This document shows, piece by piece, positions 28,422 to 38,685 of a stretch of 64,000 nucleotides of DNA. Source of the stretch: a virus (taxonomy: Duplodnaviria; Caudoviricetes); IMG/VR virus record IMGVR_UViG_3300031857_023573, positions 128,001 through 192,000 of that record; one strand, written 5' to 3'. The notes under the pieces are model-generated. The model saw only the letters and a program-made list of their open reading frames with translations, ran no database searches and was not told the DNA's origin. Position 1 is the stretch's first letter. Each line of letters opens with the position of its first letter. Both the position numbers and the translations under genes were made by a program.

Positions 28422-29255
28422 TTAGTTTAAATTTAAATTTTCTTCAATTAATCCCCAATTATCAGGATTGGCTTTAAAATGATTAGCATGTATATTTTGA
28501 TTTCCACCAGATTGACCACCCCACTTTATACTATGATGATCTATGTGAAAAAAACAAGAATCATTGATATCTTCCAAATCACCAAGACAAGTGTACCTCC
28601 TCGATAATCTCGCATTAAGTTCTATATCTAACCATCCCCATTTGTTTAGTTCTTCAAACCAACAAGTGCTTTCTTCGCATATATTTCTACTCAAAAGTAG
28701 TCCCATAGCCGCCCCGGAAAAATTGTTTAGACTAATTTTTTCATGTCTCCAACTATTTTTTTTAAGCGACCAGTTTGATATAGCATCATCTAAGACCAAA
28801 CTATCTTGTGTGAATTGATAAATTTCAAGAGGTATATGATATCTTGAAGCCCAATAAAATGTTTTAAGTTTATCGGAATTTTTAATTAAATTATATAAAT
28901 TAATGAAGGATTGTGTTGGAATATAACTGTCACCATCGATAAAAAAAACAAAATCTCCAAAACTTCTTCTATAACCGGCATTCATAGCTTTCGAGTATGA
29001 AAATATCGAATCTGGACTATATTTAGAACATATTTCTTTCGGTACGTGGTAAAAACGCGTAAATTGAAATTTAGACGTATCAAGAACATCGTATAATTTT
29101 TTATCACTTCCCCAATCCACGACTATTATTTCTATCTGATTAGTCTTCAATTCTCTTATGTTATCTTCTAATTTTGACAAATTAAATTGAATTCTTTGTA
29201 AGAAGTTACCCGCATATTCGTCATTCTTTCCGCAAGTTATTATTGAAAGTATCAT
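28422..29255 (-). CDS. GT-A glycosyltransferase (GT2/GT7-like)
   Basis: [20 protein letters not shown] (DxD), WGWLDIE, FHIDH. Confidence 0.75.
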   Translation of the reverse strand: MILSIITCGKNDEYAGNFLQRIQFNLSKLEDNIRELKTNQIEIIVVDWGSDKKLYDVLDTSKFQFTRFYHVPKEICSKYSPDSIFSYSKAMNAGYRRSFGDFVFFIDGDSYIPTQSFINLYNLIKNSDKLKTFYWASRYHIPLEIYQFTQDSLVLDDAISNWSLKKNSWRHEKISLNNFSGAAMGLLLSRNICEESTCWFEELNKWGWLDIELNARLSRRYTCLGDLEDINDSCFFHIDHHSIKWGGQSGGNQNIHANHFKANPDNWGLIEENLNLN

Positions 29256-29322
29256 TAAATATTTTATTTTTATATAGTCATTCTATTCGTTCTGATTAAT
29301 AAAACACTCTTACATATATTAA

Positions 29323-30243
29323 TTAGTAGATTGATTGAGATTCTTGTTTTTTTGATATTTTTTTCAAATCTTTAAAAATTGAGTTTATTCTCGTCTCTAA
29401 GATTTCAAATTTTGAACCTAGTTGTATTTCTTGTTCATACTTCCCATGCCAATGCCAAGTAAAAGCTCCTTCAAATAGAGAGTTTTTTTCATTTTTATTG
29501 AAAGGATCATTTACGGCACCTTCAAATCCCCACTCAGAGTCAAACCAGACACAAGGAAAAATCCAGATATCATTTTTTAACCTCGAATACATAGAATGTC
29601 CCCAGGAAGTAGAATTTTTCTGAGGAGCGATGGTCTTTAGAATTTCTAAATATTCTTTAGAAGCTGGTGAATTTTTATCTAACCTCATTATAGCACCATT
29701 AAAAGTCATAGTAGGTTCGGCCTGATTATGTCCACTTGTACCCCATTGATATAAAAATTCGAAATCATTAAGGGGTGACATGTCTTGCAATACTAAAGCA
29801 TCCATGTCTATATAAAAACCACCATACTTATTCAGTATTAATAATCTGAAAAGATCTCCTTCCAACCAACAAAAATCATCTTTAACTGATTCTTCAGATT
29901 TTAGATAGAAACAATCCTCCAAGATGGTTCCTTTTATTTCGTTTTTTAAATCCCATATTTTAAAGTTCACAAATTCTCTCACTTCTTGAAAATATTCGTT
30001 TGATGTTAAATCCACATTGGACCACAAAAATATTTCGAGATCTTTTAGTCTATTTTGATGTGCCGCTATAATAGATTTAATAACAGCTGACTGCTTTCTT
30101 CCGAAATTTCTTGGAACTCTCCAAAAACAGTGAAAAACTAATTTTGAATTTTCACTTGATTTCATATTTTTTGCAAAATTTAGAGATTTCTCATAGTAAA
30201 TCTTCTCGCTTTTATAAAGCTCTTCACTCAAAAGTTTAAACAT
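29323..30243 (-). CDS. GT32-like DxD glycosyltransferase
   Basis: GDLFRLLILNKYGGFYIDMD, typical of the Gly_transf_sug/GT32 group. Confidence 0.8.
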   Translation of the reverse strand: MFKLLSEELYKSEKIYYEKSLNFAKNMKSSENSKLVFHCFWRVPRNFGRKQSAVIKSIIAAHQNRLKDLEIFLWSNVDLTSNEYFQEVREFVNFKIWDLKNEIKGTILEDCFYLKSEESVKDDFCWLEGDLFRLLILNKYGGFYIDMDALVLQDMSPLNDFEFLYQWGTSGHNQAEPTMTFNGAIMRLDKNSPASKEYLEILKTIAPQKNSTSWGHSMYSRLKNDIWIFPCVWFDSEWGFEGAVNDPFNKNEKNSLFEGAFTWHWHGKYEQEIQLGSKFEILETRINSIFKDLKKISKKQESQSIY

Positions 30244-31033
30244 AATTTATTATTTTTTTTATAAAATCTTCCCAGAAAGAAAGTTTTAATTTATTCAAAT
30301 TCCATTCTTTATTTATTATTTCGTCATATTTCTCATCTAATAACTTCTGATTAACTTCAGTCCAGTCTTTTACAAAAAGTATTGGTAAATCAGTAAATAA
30401 GTGATGTGTATTTTCATACTTCACGATTGGAATTGATCCCATATATAAAGTTTCCCACAACCTATGTGTGTCGATTCCATTACCTCTTGGACAAAAAACA
30501 AACTTTGATGATCTAATTTCTTCTAAATATTTTTTTCTACCGTTCATAGTAGATTCTATATCACCGGATTTTACCCACTTCTCTTTTAAAAAAAGATGAC
30601 TTACTATATTTCTTTCCGATGGATAATTCGATATATTAAAATTCAAATAGGCAAGATGACTTTTATTAACTACTTTCTCAAAAGTGTCAATCATGATATC
30701 TAGATTACCATAAATAGGATGTAGTTCTGAATCATTACAATCATTTGTAATTCCAAGTGGAATGCCATAAACATTTTCTTCCTCTGTGAATCGGTTTATA
30801 CAGAATATTTTATCAAAATATTTTGATATTTGACCAGTTATGGGGTAATCTGAATGTCCGACTACAATTTTTCTGTCAATTTTTTCTGGATGAATATTTC
30901 CTCTCCAGATAAATTTACCAGTATAAAAAAAGTCTGTTTTTATATAGCAAATATTATTTCGATTACAAAATTCTAAATAACCATCAGTAGTAATTATATC
31001 ACTTTTTGTATATGTAAAATCTTTAAGTTTCAA
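30236..31033 (-). CDS. Exostosin/GT47-like glycosyltransferase
   Basis: SKFVFCPRGNGIDTHRLWETLYMGSIPIV. Confidence 0.75.
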   Translation of the reverse strand: MKLKDFTYTKSDIITTDGYLEFCNRNNICYIKTDFFYTGKFIWRGNIHPEKIDRKIVVGHSDYPITGQISKYFDKIFCINRFTEEENVYGIPLGITNDCNDSELHPIYGNLDIMIDTFEKVVNKSHLAYLNFNISNYPSERNIVSHLFLKEKWVKSGDIESTMNGRKKYLEEIRSSKFVFCPRGNGIDTHRLWETLYMGSIPIVKYENTHHLFTDLPILFVKDWTEVNQKLLDEKYDEIINKEWNLNKLKLSFWEDFIKKIINYV

Positions 31034-31079
31034 TTTAAAATAATTTCATTTTAAGAAAAATCAACTTCTTCTGAAGAAG

Positions 31080-32108
31080 TTAAATGATATTCAATTTTTT
31101 GAAAACTGGTTTATTATTTTCAATCCAGTCGAACATCAAACTTACTCCTTCACTTGTATTTATCTTTGGTTCCCATCCTATGTCCTGCTTAATTTTACCT
31201 ATATCACTAATGTATATTTTCTGATCGCCTGGTCTCCAGTCGGAGAAATCAAAATTTACTCTTTTTTCTAACCTGTGTTCAATTAAATCTATAAGTTCTA
31301 AAAGTGATAAAGTATTATTTATACCACCTCCGATGTTATAAACATTACCTGAACATTTGTCAATTTTGTGCAAAATTTGTTCATAGCAATTTATTAGATC
31401 TTTAACGTGTAGAACGTCTCTAACTTGTTTACCATTACCATAAATGGTAAATTTAGAGTCAAATATTGAAGAAATGCTGAACCAAGAGACCCATCCTTGA
31501 TCTTCTATACCGAATTGGTTTGGACCGTAAATACATGACTGTCTTAGTACAACAGATTTCAAATTAAATATTCTACTGTAATCTTTAACATATTGGTCAG
31601 CAGTTCCTTTGGAACAACCATATGGTGAATGAAAATCAAGATTTTGATTCTCATTAATACCTGAAATCAAATCGGTGTAGAAGTATCTTTTATCATTCTC
31701 ATCTATCTGAGACTTAAATTCCCCATAAACTTTATTAGTTGATGAATAAATTATAGCGCAATCTGGTAAATACAATCTTAGGCATTCTAGTATGTTAAAT
31801 GTCCCCAAAGCATTAATCTCGAAGTCTTCTCTTGGATTCCTGACGGAATAAGTAACGGCTACTTGTGCGGCCAAATGTATTACCGCATCAAAACTATTAT
31901 TTTTAAAGATGTTCTCTATATCAAAGAAATTTCTAATATCTTTGTTCCAGAAAGTGAATTTAATTAGTTTTTCCAGAGTATTAAAATTCTCTATATTACC
32001 TTTTCTGCTAAGATTATCTAATATGAAGATTTCATTACCTTTTTCAAATAGTTCAATTGCGGTATTTGTTCCTATGAATCCTAAACCACCTGTTATTAAT
32101 ATTTTCAT
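31080..32108 (-). CDS. rfbE: CDP-paratose 2-epimerase (RfbE)-like extended SDR
   Basis: ITGGLGFIG, LDNLSRKG, HLAAQVAVTYS, SSTNKVYG, LDFHSPYGCSKG, EDQGWVSWF, WRPGDQKIY. Confidence 0.8.
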   Translation of the reverse strand: MKILITGGLGFIGTNTAIELFEKGNEIFILDNLSRKGNIENFNTLEKLIKFTFWNKDIRNFFDIENIFKNNSFDAVIHLAAQVAVTYSVRNPREDFEINALGTFNILECLRLYLPDCAIIYSSTNKVYGEFKSQIDENDKRYFYTDLISGINENQNLDFHSPYGCSKGTADQYVKDYSRIFNLKSVVLRQSCIYGPNQFGIEDQGWVSWFSISSIFDSKFTIYGNGKQVRDVLHVKDLINCYEQILHKIDKCSGNVYNIGGGINNTLSLLELIDLIEHRLEKRVNFDFSDWRPGDQKIYISDIGKIKQDIGWEPKINTSEGVSLMFDWIENNKPVFKKLNII

Positions 32109-33181
32109 CTATTTTCAATTTTATTTTTTATTAATTGGCTCCACATCTCATAAATTTTTGATTTTCTTTTCATGTTGAATTCCTTCATTTGATTTGAAAT
32201 TTTATGCACATCGACTGTTTCTACTAATTTATTTAATTCTTCGAATGATGAAAAATAAGTGATGTAAGGCATCCAATTTTGATCATAAAAATCTGAGAAT
32301 TGTAGCCAATGTTCAACAGCATCTAAATTGTTGTAGTCATTTGGGTCAAATTTTTCTTTGTAATCTATAAAAGATTTATTAGCTAGACCAAAGTAGTTGT
32401 TCCAAGATACTTCTTTTAAAACACTATATTTTTTTTCTTTGTAAATGTCCATCAAAAATTCTTTTGTTGGAAAAAATAATGGTATGTTTGAAGTATATTG
32501 TTCAAATATCGACATATAAGAAATTTGATATGGAATATGTATGATGCCTTTAAACTTTATTAAGTCGTTATGTGTGTGTGATTTAAATATTTCGTCTTTG
32601 TGTTTTATTTTATCACCTTTTATTTCTGATATTTTATCTCTAGAATAATAAATGAAGTAATTATCATTTGGCTCATAATATGAATTATAATAATCACAAA
32701 TACTTGGTATGTGTTCAACTTCTCTCTCTATGAAATGTTCCATATAGTATTTGTCGTAGAGGTTATTAGCGACTAATATTATTTTACCGGAGTCGACTCC
32801 TTTCCTTAGGAATTCGTTAAATAAATTCCAATCTTCTTTTCTGAATGAAAAAGGCCACTCATATCTTATTGGATTGTTGATAATTATGGGCTTTTCAAAT
32901 TTTTCATATAAAAGTGAAAAAGTTGGAGGGTAAGTCACAATGAAGGCGTCAACTGAATTTAGTTGATCTTTATAATAAAAGTGAAACTCCTCTGAAAATT
33001 GTTTAGGTGACAAATGCATCCATCTGCCATTATCAAGCATCGGAACACTGTCTTTTTTTCGGTTGAAGACCCATGTGTGTTCTGATAAAGATAAGTCCTG
33101 AACTTGATGTCCAAGTTCAGTAAATATTTTTTTCATATCCGCAATTATAGATATATGTAAATCGATATTAAAAAAGTTCAT
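32105..33181 (-). CDS. Putative GT-B glycosyltransferase
   Basis: C-terminal KGIIHIPYQISYMSIFEQYTSNIPLFFP resembles a GT-B nucleotide-binding helix; island context. Confidence 0.5.
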   Translation of the reverse strand: MNFFNIDLHISIIADMKKIFTELGHQVQDLSLSEHTWVFNRKKDSVPMLDNGRWMHLSPKQFSEEFHFYYKDQLNSVDAFIVTYPPTFSLLYEKFEKPIIINNPIRYEWPFSFRKEDWNLFNEFLRKGVDSGKIILVANNLYDKYYMEHFIEREVEHIPSICDYYNSYYEPNDNYFIYYSRDKISEIKGDKIKHKDEIFKSHTHNDLIKFKGIIHIPYQISYMSIFEQYTSNIPLFFPTKEFLMDIYKEKKYSVLKEVSWNNYFGLANKSFIDYKEKFDPNDYNNLDAVEHWLQFSDFYDQNWMPYITYFSSFEELNKLVETVDVHKISNQMKEFNMKRKSKIYEMWSQLIKNKIENR

Positions 33182-33870
33182 TAAATGAGATTTATTTTTT
33201 CGTATTGCAAAATTATTTTCCAGTATTCTGGATGCCTTTGATCATTTTCATCGAAAATATCACCGACATATTCATAATTATTTCTTATAGTTGGAAAATT
33301 TCTTATTTCTCCTCCAAATTTCAAATTAAATTCAGAATGTTCCATACAATTATCTATGACTAAAGGATAGATACAACTTCCCAAAAAATCTTGATCTATT
33401 CCCTTTTTTTGGAACTTTCCCCATTTTTCAATCAATTTTATTAGACCAATTTTTCTCATAAGTCCGTTTCTACAACCCCACATTCCTCCTAGTATAGGCA
33501 CTGTGTGATATGGATGATCTCTCATAATATGAAAATCTTTATCAGATTCTATCCATTCTTTAATAGCATAGATTTCCCTATCCGAGAATCTTGAGTCACA
33601 ATCTCTTGATAAGAAAATATTAACATCTGAATCTTCAGCTGTCCAGAATCTCCAGAACATTCCATGAAAATCGTCTTTTGGACTTACTAGTTCTATTTCT
33701 ACATTATCTCCCTTGATAGTCTCTATAAGTTTTTTATCACACTTTTTGTCTATAAAAAACTTACAGATCCATCCTGGGAAATACTTTTTTGCAAGTTCTA
33801 TATTTCTAATAGCCCCAACCCAATACATAGGGTGATCTCCCCAGAGACTGAAAGATATTATATTTCTCAT
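33181..33870 (-). CDS. Putative GT-A glycosyltransferase
   Basis: ISFSLWG, GMFWRF, SRDCDSR (DxD), MRDHPYH, ILGGMWG, DQDFL; island context. Confidence 0.55.
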   Translation of the reverse strand: MRNIISFSLWGDHPMYWVGAIRNIELAKKYFPGWICKFFIDKKCDKKLIETIKGDNVEIELVSPKDDFHGMFWRFWTAEDSDVNIFLSRDCDSRFSDREIYAIKEWIESDKDFHIMRDHPYHTVPILGGMWGCRNGLMRKIGLIKLIEKWGKFQKKGIDQDFLGSCIYPLVIDNCMEHSEFNLKFGGEIRNFPTIRNNYEYVGDIFDENDQRHPEYWKIILQYEKINLI

Positions 33871-34508
33871 AAATAAGTTGTATTTTTGAAAGTTTCATTC
33901 TCAACTATTAGATATCCACATCTATCATTTAATTCATCTAATAATATTGTATATCCTTCTCTATTAATTAACTCTTCACGTATTTTTTGACACTTTAACT
34001 GATTGGTGTCATCTAAAATTATAAATCTAGCTCTGTGTCCTATCTTTAAATACTCAGGATATGTTGTAAACTCACCACCATCTAAAATAAGTAAATCAAT
34101 TCGTTTAGGTATCAAGTCAATTTTATTCTCAACCAATCTGAGATTATATAAATCCTCATTTAGCCATTCTCTCTTACTACCAGCGTGATAGTATCCTTCA
34201 GGGCTGTTAAAATATTCATCCCAATTCATCCAGTTTAGATCATCTTCGTCTATTATTCTACCGAGAATTATGTTGAAATTTTTAGGAAATTCTCTTTGAA
34301 TAGCCTGATAATACATCTTTTCATTCGTCTCTAAGGAATATACTGTGTAGTTTTCTTTGTTATTATCAACTATAGATTTTCTGATACATTCAGTTGAACC
34401 GTAACCATTCCAGGTTCCTATTTCAACTATGTTATTTATATCTTTTCTAGAAACTAGATCATATATATACTTTCCAAGTTTTGAATCTAAATTTATTTGT
34501 CCTTGCAT
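33867..34508 (-). CDS. Class I SAM-dependent methyltransferase-like protein
   Basis: IVEIGTWNGYGST, IDLLILDGG, IILDD. Confidence 0.7.
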   Translation of the reverse strand: MQGQINLDSKLGKYIYDLVSRKDINNIVEIGTWNGYGSTECIRKSIVDNNKENYTVYSLETNEKMYYQAIQREFPKNFNIILGRIIDEDDLNWMNWDEYFNSPEGYYHAGSKREWLNEDLYNLRLVENKIDLIPKRIDLLILDGGEFTTYPEYLKIGHRARFIILDDTNQLKCQKIREELINREGYTILLDELNDRCGYLIVENETFKNTTYL

Positions 34509-34515
34509 AATATTT

Positions 34516-35187
34516 CTAAATATTTTTTATGTAGATTTGATATGGCATTCCATTTTCACCTATTCCCGGTCTTGAAGTAGTTTGACCATAAAATATAGGT
34601 ACGTCGTCAACAATATTTTTGAAATTTAAATCATTATCTTTTAGAATGTTGTATATTTCTAACCAGTCTTTTGCGAAATGACATTCAATTACTGCAAATT
34701 TACAATTTTTTAAGGTTTTTAATCCTCCTTTTATGACTTTTAATTCAGCTCCTTCTACATCTATTTTGATATAATCTACTTTTTTTCCTTCAAAATATTC
34801 ATCCAGTGAAACCGATTTAATATTACCGATCAGATTCATTTTACGATAAGCAGTGTCGTGTCCAACAATATTAGATGTATGATTTCCAGAGTTTAGACTA
34901 TCACCATAAATATCAACTTGACCTGAACTTTCAGATACTGCAACATTTTCTATTATGCAGTTTTCAGATTGTAGATATTTAATTGTTTCAAAATTATATG
35001 GATTTAATTCAAAAGAAAAAACCTGGCCGTTCCTACCAGCTAATCTTTTGAAAAGTCTTGTGATGACACCATTACAGGCACCAACATCACAAAAAACTCC
35101 ACCAGTTGACGTATTTTCTTCGAATTTGATAGACAACAAGGTGTCCCAATCGTTTATTTGTATTCTATATTTCTCCCAAGCTTCCAT
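34516..35187 (-). CDS. FkbM-family methyltransferase
   Basis: FCDVGACNG, FELNPYN, VSLDEY, DYIKIDVEGAELKVIKG. Confidence 0.88.
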   Translation of the reverse strand: MEAWEKYRIQINDWDTLLSIKFEENTSTGGVFCDVGACNGVITRLFKRLAGRNGQVFSFELNPYNFETIKYLQSENCIIENVAVSESSGQVDIYGDSLNSGNHTSNIVGHDTAYRKMNLIGNIKSVSLDEYFEGKKVDYIKIDVEGAELKVIKGGLKTLKNCKFAVIECHFAKDWLEIYNILKDNDLNFKNIVDDVPIFYGQTTSRPGIGENGMPYQIYIKNI

Positions 35188-35206
35188 TTTTTTTATTTAT
35201 TTTTTT

Positions 35207-36037
35207 TTACCAATAAGTTGAACCTTCTACTACAGAATGGTTTCGTGTTTTTTCAGTGTCATAGGGTCTTTTCCAATATTGATTATAATATTTGTTGACA
35301 GCTGGCATATTATCCCATCTATTTCCCTTTATACCAAACATAATTTGCAATCCACCACCAACATGGATTACGGGCTTACTCATTTTTTTTATTTGATTAC
35401 ATATTGGTAAACCGTAAGCACCGCATCCAACAAGGGCAACATCGAATTCCACATTCGAGATTCTCTCTACCATATCTTCATAGCAAACATTCCAAGGTAT
35501 ATCAGTGTCTCCTCCCCCGTGTGTTTGATATGTTTTTAGAGTTATTAGATCAAAATCAGGCAAAATTGTTTTGTCTTCAAATAATAATTCTTTTCTTGAG
35601 TATTGTTCACGTATAGATGCCTCAAATGGATGAACAACTAAAACTTTTTTATCTTTTAAGTATTTACTCCAGGGATTTTCATGATAAAATGGCTCCAAGG
35701 ATTGTAATCCAGAAATGAACTCAGCATTCCTACAAAAGTATCTAGAGATAGTAAATTCTTCGGAATTGATATTTTCTGGAAACCAAATTGTTAGAAGATC
35801 AATATTGGATAGTGCATCTATGTACTCTTTTATAAAGTAATTCAATATATAATCTGATGGTGGAGTTATTCCTGCGTGATTTGATGCATGCCATCTTAGC
35901 GAATCATCCCAATTCCTCTTATAAAGAAAGTATTTTACAATCTGTTGTTCTACTGCTCCCATTTTTCCGGCTATAAATGGTGTAGACGAAGATATAAGTT
36001 CTCCTATTTTTAAATTACCTTGTTCTATTGATATCAT
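35207..36037 (-). CDS. Conserved glycan-locus protein, possible glycosyltransferase
   Basis: KKVLVVHPF, FDVALVGCGAYGLP, IHVGGGLQIMFGIKGNRWD; function inferred from context only. Confidence 0.5.
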   Translation of the reverse strand: MISIEQGNLKIGELISSSTPFIAGKMGAVEQQIVKYFLYKRNWDDSLRWHASNHAGITPPSDYILNYFIKEYIDALSNIDLLTIWFPENINSEEFTISRYFCRNAEFISGLQSLEPFYHENPWSKYLKDKKVLVVHPFEASIREQYSRKELLFEDKTILPDFDLITLKTYQTHGGGDTDIPWNVCYEDMVERISNVEFDVALVGCGAYGLPICNQIKKMSKPVIHVGGGLQIMFGIKGNRWDNMPAVNKYYNQYWKRPYDTEKTRNHSVVEGSTYW

Positions 36038-36041
36038 TTTT

Positions 36042-37268
36042 TTAAATTATTTTAATTTCTGGTATTAAAACGATATATTTACCATCGTAATAACCCTTTA
36101 AAGATTCTATTATATGTTCTGTAAAATTATGAGCTAATATTAAGATATAGTCAGGTTTTCTCTCTTTTAATATTTCTCTACTTTTAACTTCTATACCTGT
36201 TCCTGGAATGAATTTATTTTGCTTTAAATCTGTATCGTCTATAACAAATTCTATGTGATTGTAATTAATTTCCATTGAGTTTAGGTAAATGCATCCTTTT
36301 GCTGCCGCACCGAATCCATATATCACCTTATTATCACTAATAATATTTTTTATGAAATTTGATGATCTATCAATATGATTTCTAACACTCACACCCCAAT
36401 TTATGTGAAAATCAGAATCGTAATTTTTTTCATACTTTATAAAGTCTTCAATAGTCATGTCAGATTCCAAATTAGAAATATTTTTTACAATAACAAGTCT
36501 TAAAGTACCACCGTGAATGGCCTGATTTGTAACGTTAATAATTCTCATATTATGTTTTTCCATCATCATTTTCATAGGTCTTACCGAGTGATAATACATA
36601 TGTTCGTGATATATTTGATCAAATTGATTGGTCTTCATGTCATGAATCCAATATGGAAACTCTAAAATCCAAATTCCATCGTCTTTTAATATATTATTAA
36701 TCCCTTGTACAAATGAATCCAAATCTTGAAGATGTTGAAAAACATTTGTCGATGTTACTATATCAGCCTTTTCTGATATATTAAGTGAAAGATCATATGT
36801 GAAGAAATCATTTATGCATCTTATGTCTTTATTCTCACAAATTTCACATAGGTTTTTTGATGGATCTATATTTAGTAGTGACATTTCAATATCACTTGCA
36901 CTTCTAAAGGCATCGAGTAATGTACCATCGTTACCTCCGATATCTATCACTTTCAAATCGCTAATACTATTGATATAATTTTTAGAAAAATTAAACATTT
37001 CTTGACAGTGTTTATAGTATGGCTTATTTACTTCTGATTTAAATAAATAATGTGAAAATAATAAATCACCATTAATAGCTATACTGAGAGAAGACTCACC
37101 GGAAATTGGATAGTAAATAATTTCCAACGGAAATCTCTCTGCATTAAGAGATTCTTCCCTACTATTAAGTAAATTATTTACTAAGGGAACTCTTCCAAGA
37201 TCAAAATATTTTATTCTATTAGTATCTTGAGTAATTGGGCATTTATCTATCACTTTATAGTTTTTCAT
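36042..37268 (-). CDS. NDP-hexose C-methyltransferase family protein
   Basis: FDLGRVPLVN, IDIGGNDGTLL, NVFQHL, FDQIYHEH, IHGGTLR, YGFGAAAKG, ILILAHNF: three-domain C-MTase layout. Confidence 0.85.
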   Translation of the reverse strand: MKNYKVIDKCPITQDTNRIKYFDLGRVPLVNNLLNSREESLNAERFPLEIIYYPISGESSLSIAINGDLLFSHYLFKSEVNKPYYKHCQEMFNFSKNYINSISDLKVIDIGGNDGTLLDAFRSASDIEMSLLNIDPSKNLCEICENKDIRCINDFFTYDLSLNISEKADIVTSTNVFQHLQDLDSFVQGINNILKDDGIWILEFPYWIHDMKTNQFDQIYHEHMYYHSVRPMKMMMEKHNMRIINVTNQAIHGGTLRLVIVKNISNLESDMTIEDFIKYEKNYDSDFHINWGVSVRNHIDRSSNFIKNIISDNKVIYGFGAAAKGCIYLNSMEINYNHIEFVIDDTDLKQNKFIPGTGIEVKSREILKERKPDYILILAHNFTEHIIESLKGYYDGKYIVLIPEIKII

Positions 37269-37929
37269 ACTTTTCTAAATTTAGACTAAAGTTTTTTTTC
37301 TCTTTCAAGAATACTTTTTTAACAAGATTATTTCTTTTATACGCATAATCAAATATTGTTTTTGGTTCGGTACCAATATTTAAAACTCCATTAATATTGG
37401 ATTTAGCAGCCTTTAGTATCTTAGGAGCAATAATATCAATATAATCTTTGCTCACAATTTGATTTCCCCATGCTTGGTCATATGGAAATACATTAGGTCC
37501 AAAACTAGTTCTAATTATTAAGTGATTTTTTACCATTCGAACTGAACACTCACCGCCCAATTTTGTCCAAGCGTATTCATTTACTGGTAAAACAGGATCT
37601 GACTCTTTGTAATTACCATCAAGTCCTGGATATACATAGTCAGTAGAAATATATATCAATCGTTTATTATTCAATAAACAATATTCTGATATGTTAGCAC
37701 TACCAATTATGTTGGTTTTAATTGAAAGAATTGGCTCTTTAATTATAACTTTAGAATCAGTTATAGCAGATGAGTGAATTATAATATCAGGATTAATAGT
37801 GTTTAATTTTGATATTATACTTAACTTTGTAATATCATAGTATTCCTTAGAAAGTCCTAGAATTGTATCGTCTATTTTTTGTAACTCAGATGTTAAAAGA
37901 CCATGTTTGCCAGTCACTACTACTTTCAT
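37255..37929 (-). CDS. dTDP-4-dehydrorhamnose reductase (RmlD)-like SDR
   Basis: VTGKHGLL, IYISTDYVY, PVNEYAWTKLGGE, IIRTSF. Confidence 0.8.
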   Translation of the reverse strand: MKVVVTGKHGLLTSELQKIDDTILGLSKEYYDITKLSIISKLNTINPDIIIHSSAITDSKVIIKEPILSIKTNIIGSANISEYCLLNNKRLIYISTDYVYPGLDGNYKESDPVLPVNEYAWTKLGGECSVRMVKNHLIIRTSFGPNVFPYDQAWGNQIVSKDYIDIIAPKILKAAKSNINGVLNIGTEPKTIFDYAYKRNNLVKKVFLKEKKNFSLNLEKYEKL

Positions 37930-38679
37930 TTAAGATTTATATTTATTATAGACATCCATCATTTCATGTGGTTTTATGTAATGAAAGCTCATAGGTCTTT
38001 TAAGAGCCTCTGTAAGTGGAATTGGAAAATTAACATACCACTTTGTGTTTTCATCCCCCGAAATAGCACCCAAATAATGTGATGGTGGCTGACCAAGGAG
38101 ATAAGGCATATTAGTTAATCTTATGTTTAAATATTTGAATACCATATAGGCAAACGCTACATCTGAATAGGGATAATTTGGTCCGGAAATTCTAATCCAA
38201 TTTTCATTAAAACTGTCAATTATTTGGTAGCATTTTTTCATAAGTGAGTTACTAATAAAAAATCCGCCTCCTCCGGCTATAGCTGTAAATGAATTATCTG
38301 ATGGATTATCTATCGCATGGAAGTAGGGTGTATCGGTCCAAGTTCCACATGCAAGAGCTAATAAAAAATCTTGGTTATGATCGTATTTATAGATTTCATT
38401 CAAAGTTGAATTCTTGAATAATATCGCGTCACAACTTGTCATACAGTACCAATCAAAATTAGGATTCTTTTCAAACATGTACTTGAACCCTAATTGTTGT
38501 TTTAAAAAATGACTGTTGTAGTCTTCGCCTGCTTGACTTATTGAGATGAGATTGTCATCTTGTAAATATCCACCAAAGAAAAAAACATTTTGAAAATCTT
38601 TAGACCAGGTGTTTTTACAAGCCATGTATCTTTCCTTTAGTCTTGTAGAGGTTACAACTCCTACTCCAATATTATCCAT
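37930..38679 (-). CDS. Fringe/GT31-like glycosyltransferase
   Basis: CKNTW, WYCMTSCD, GGGGFFIS, SDVAFA, MSFHY. Confidence 0.6.
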   Translation of the reverse strand: MDNIGVGVVTSTRLKERYMACKNTWSKDFQNVFFFGGYLQDDNLISISQAGEDYNSHFLKQQLGFKYMFEKNPNFDWYCMTSCDAILFKNSTLNEIYKYDHNQDFLLALACGTWTDTPYFHAIDNPSDNSFTAIAGGGGFFISNSLMKKCYQIIDSFNENWIRISGPNYPYSDVAFAYMVFKYLNIRLTNMPYLLGQPPSHYLGAISGDENTKWYVNFPIPLTEALKRPMSFHYIKPHEMMDVYNKYKS

Positions 38680-38685
38680 TTCTAA

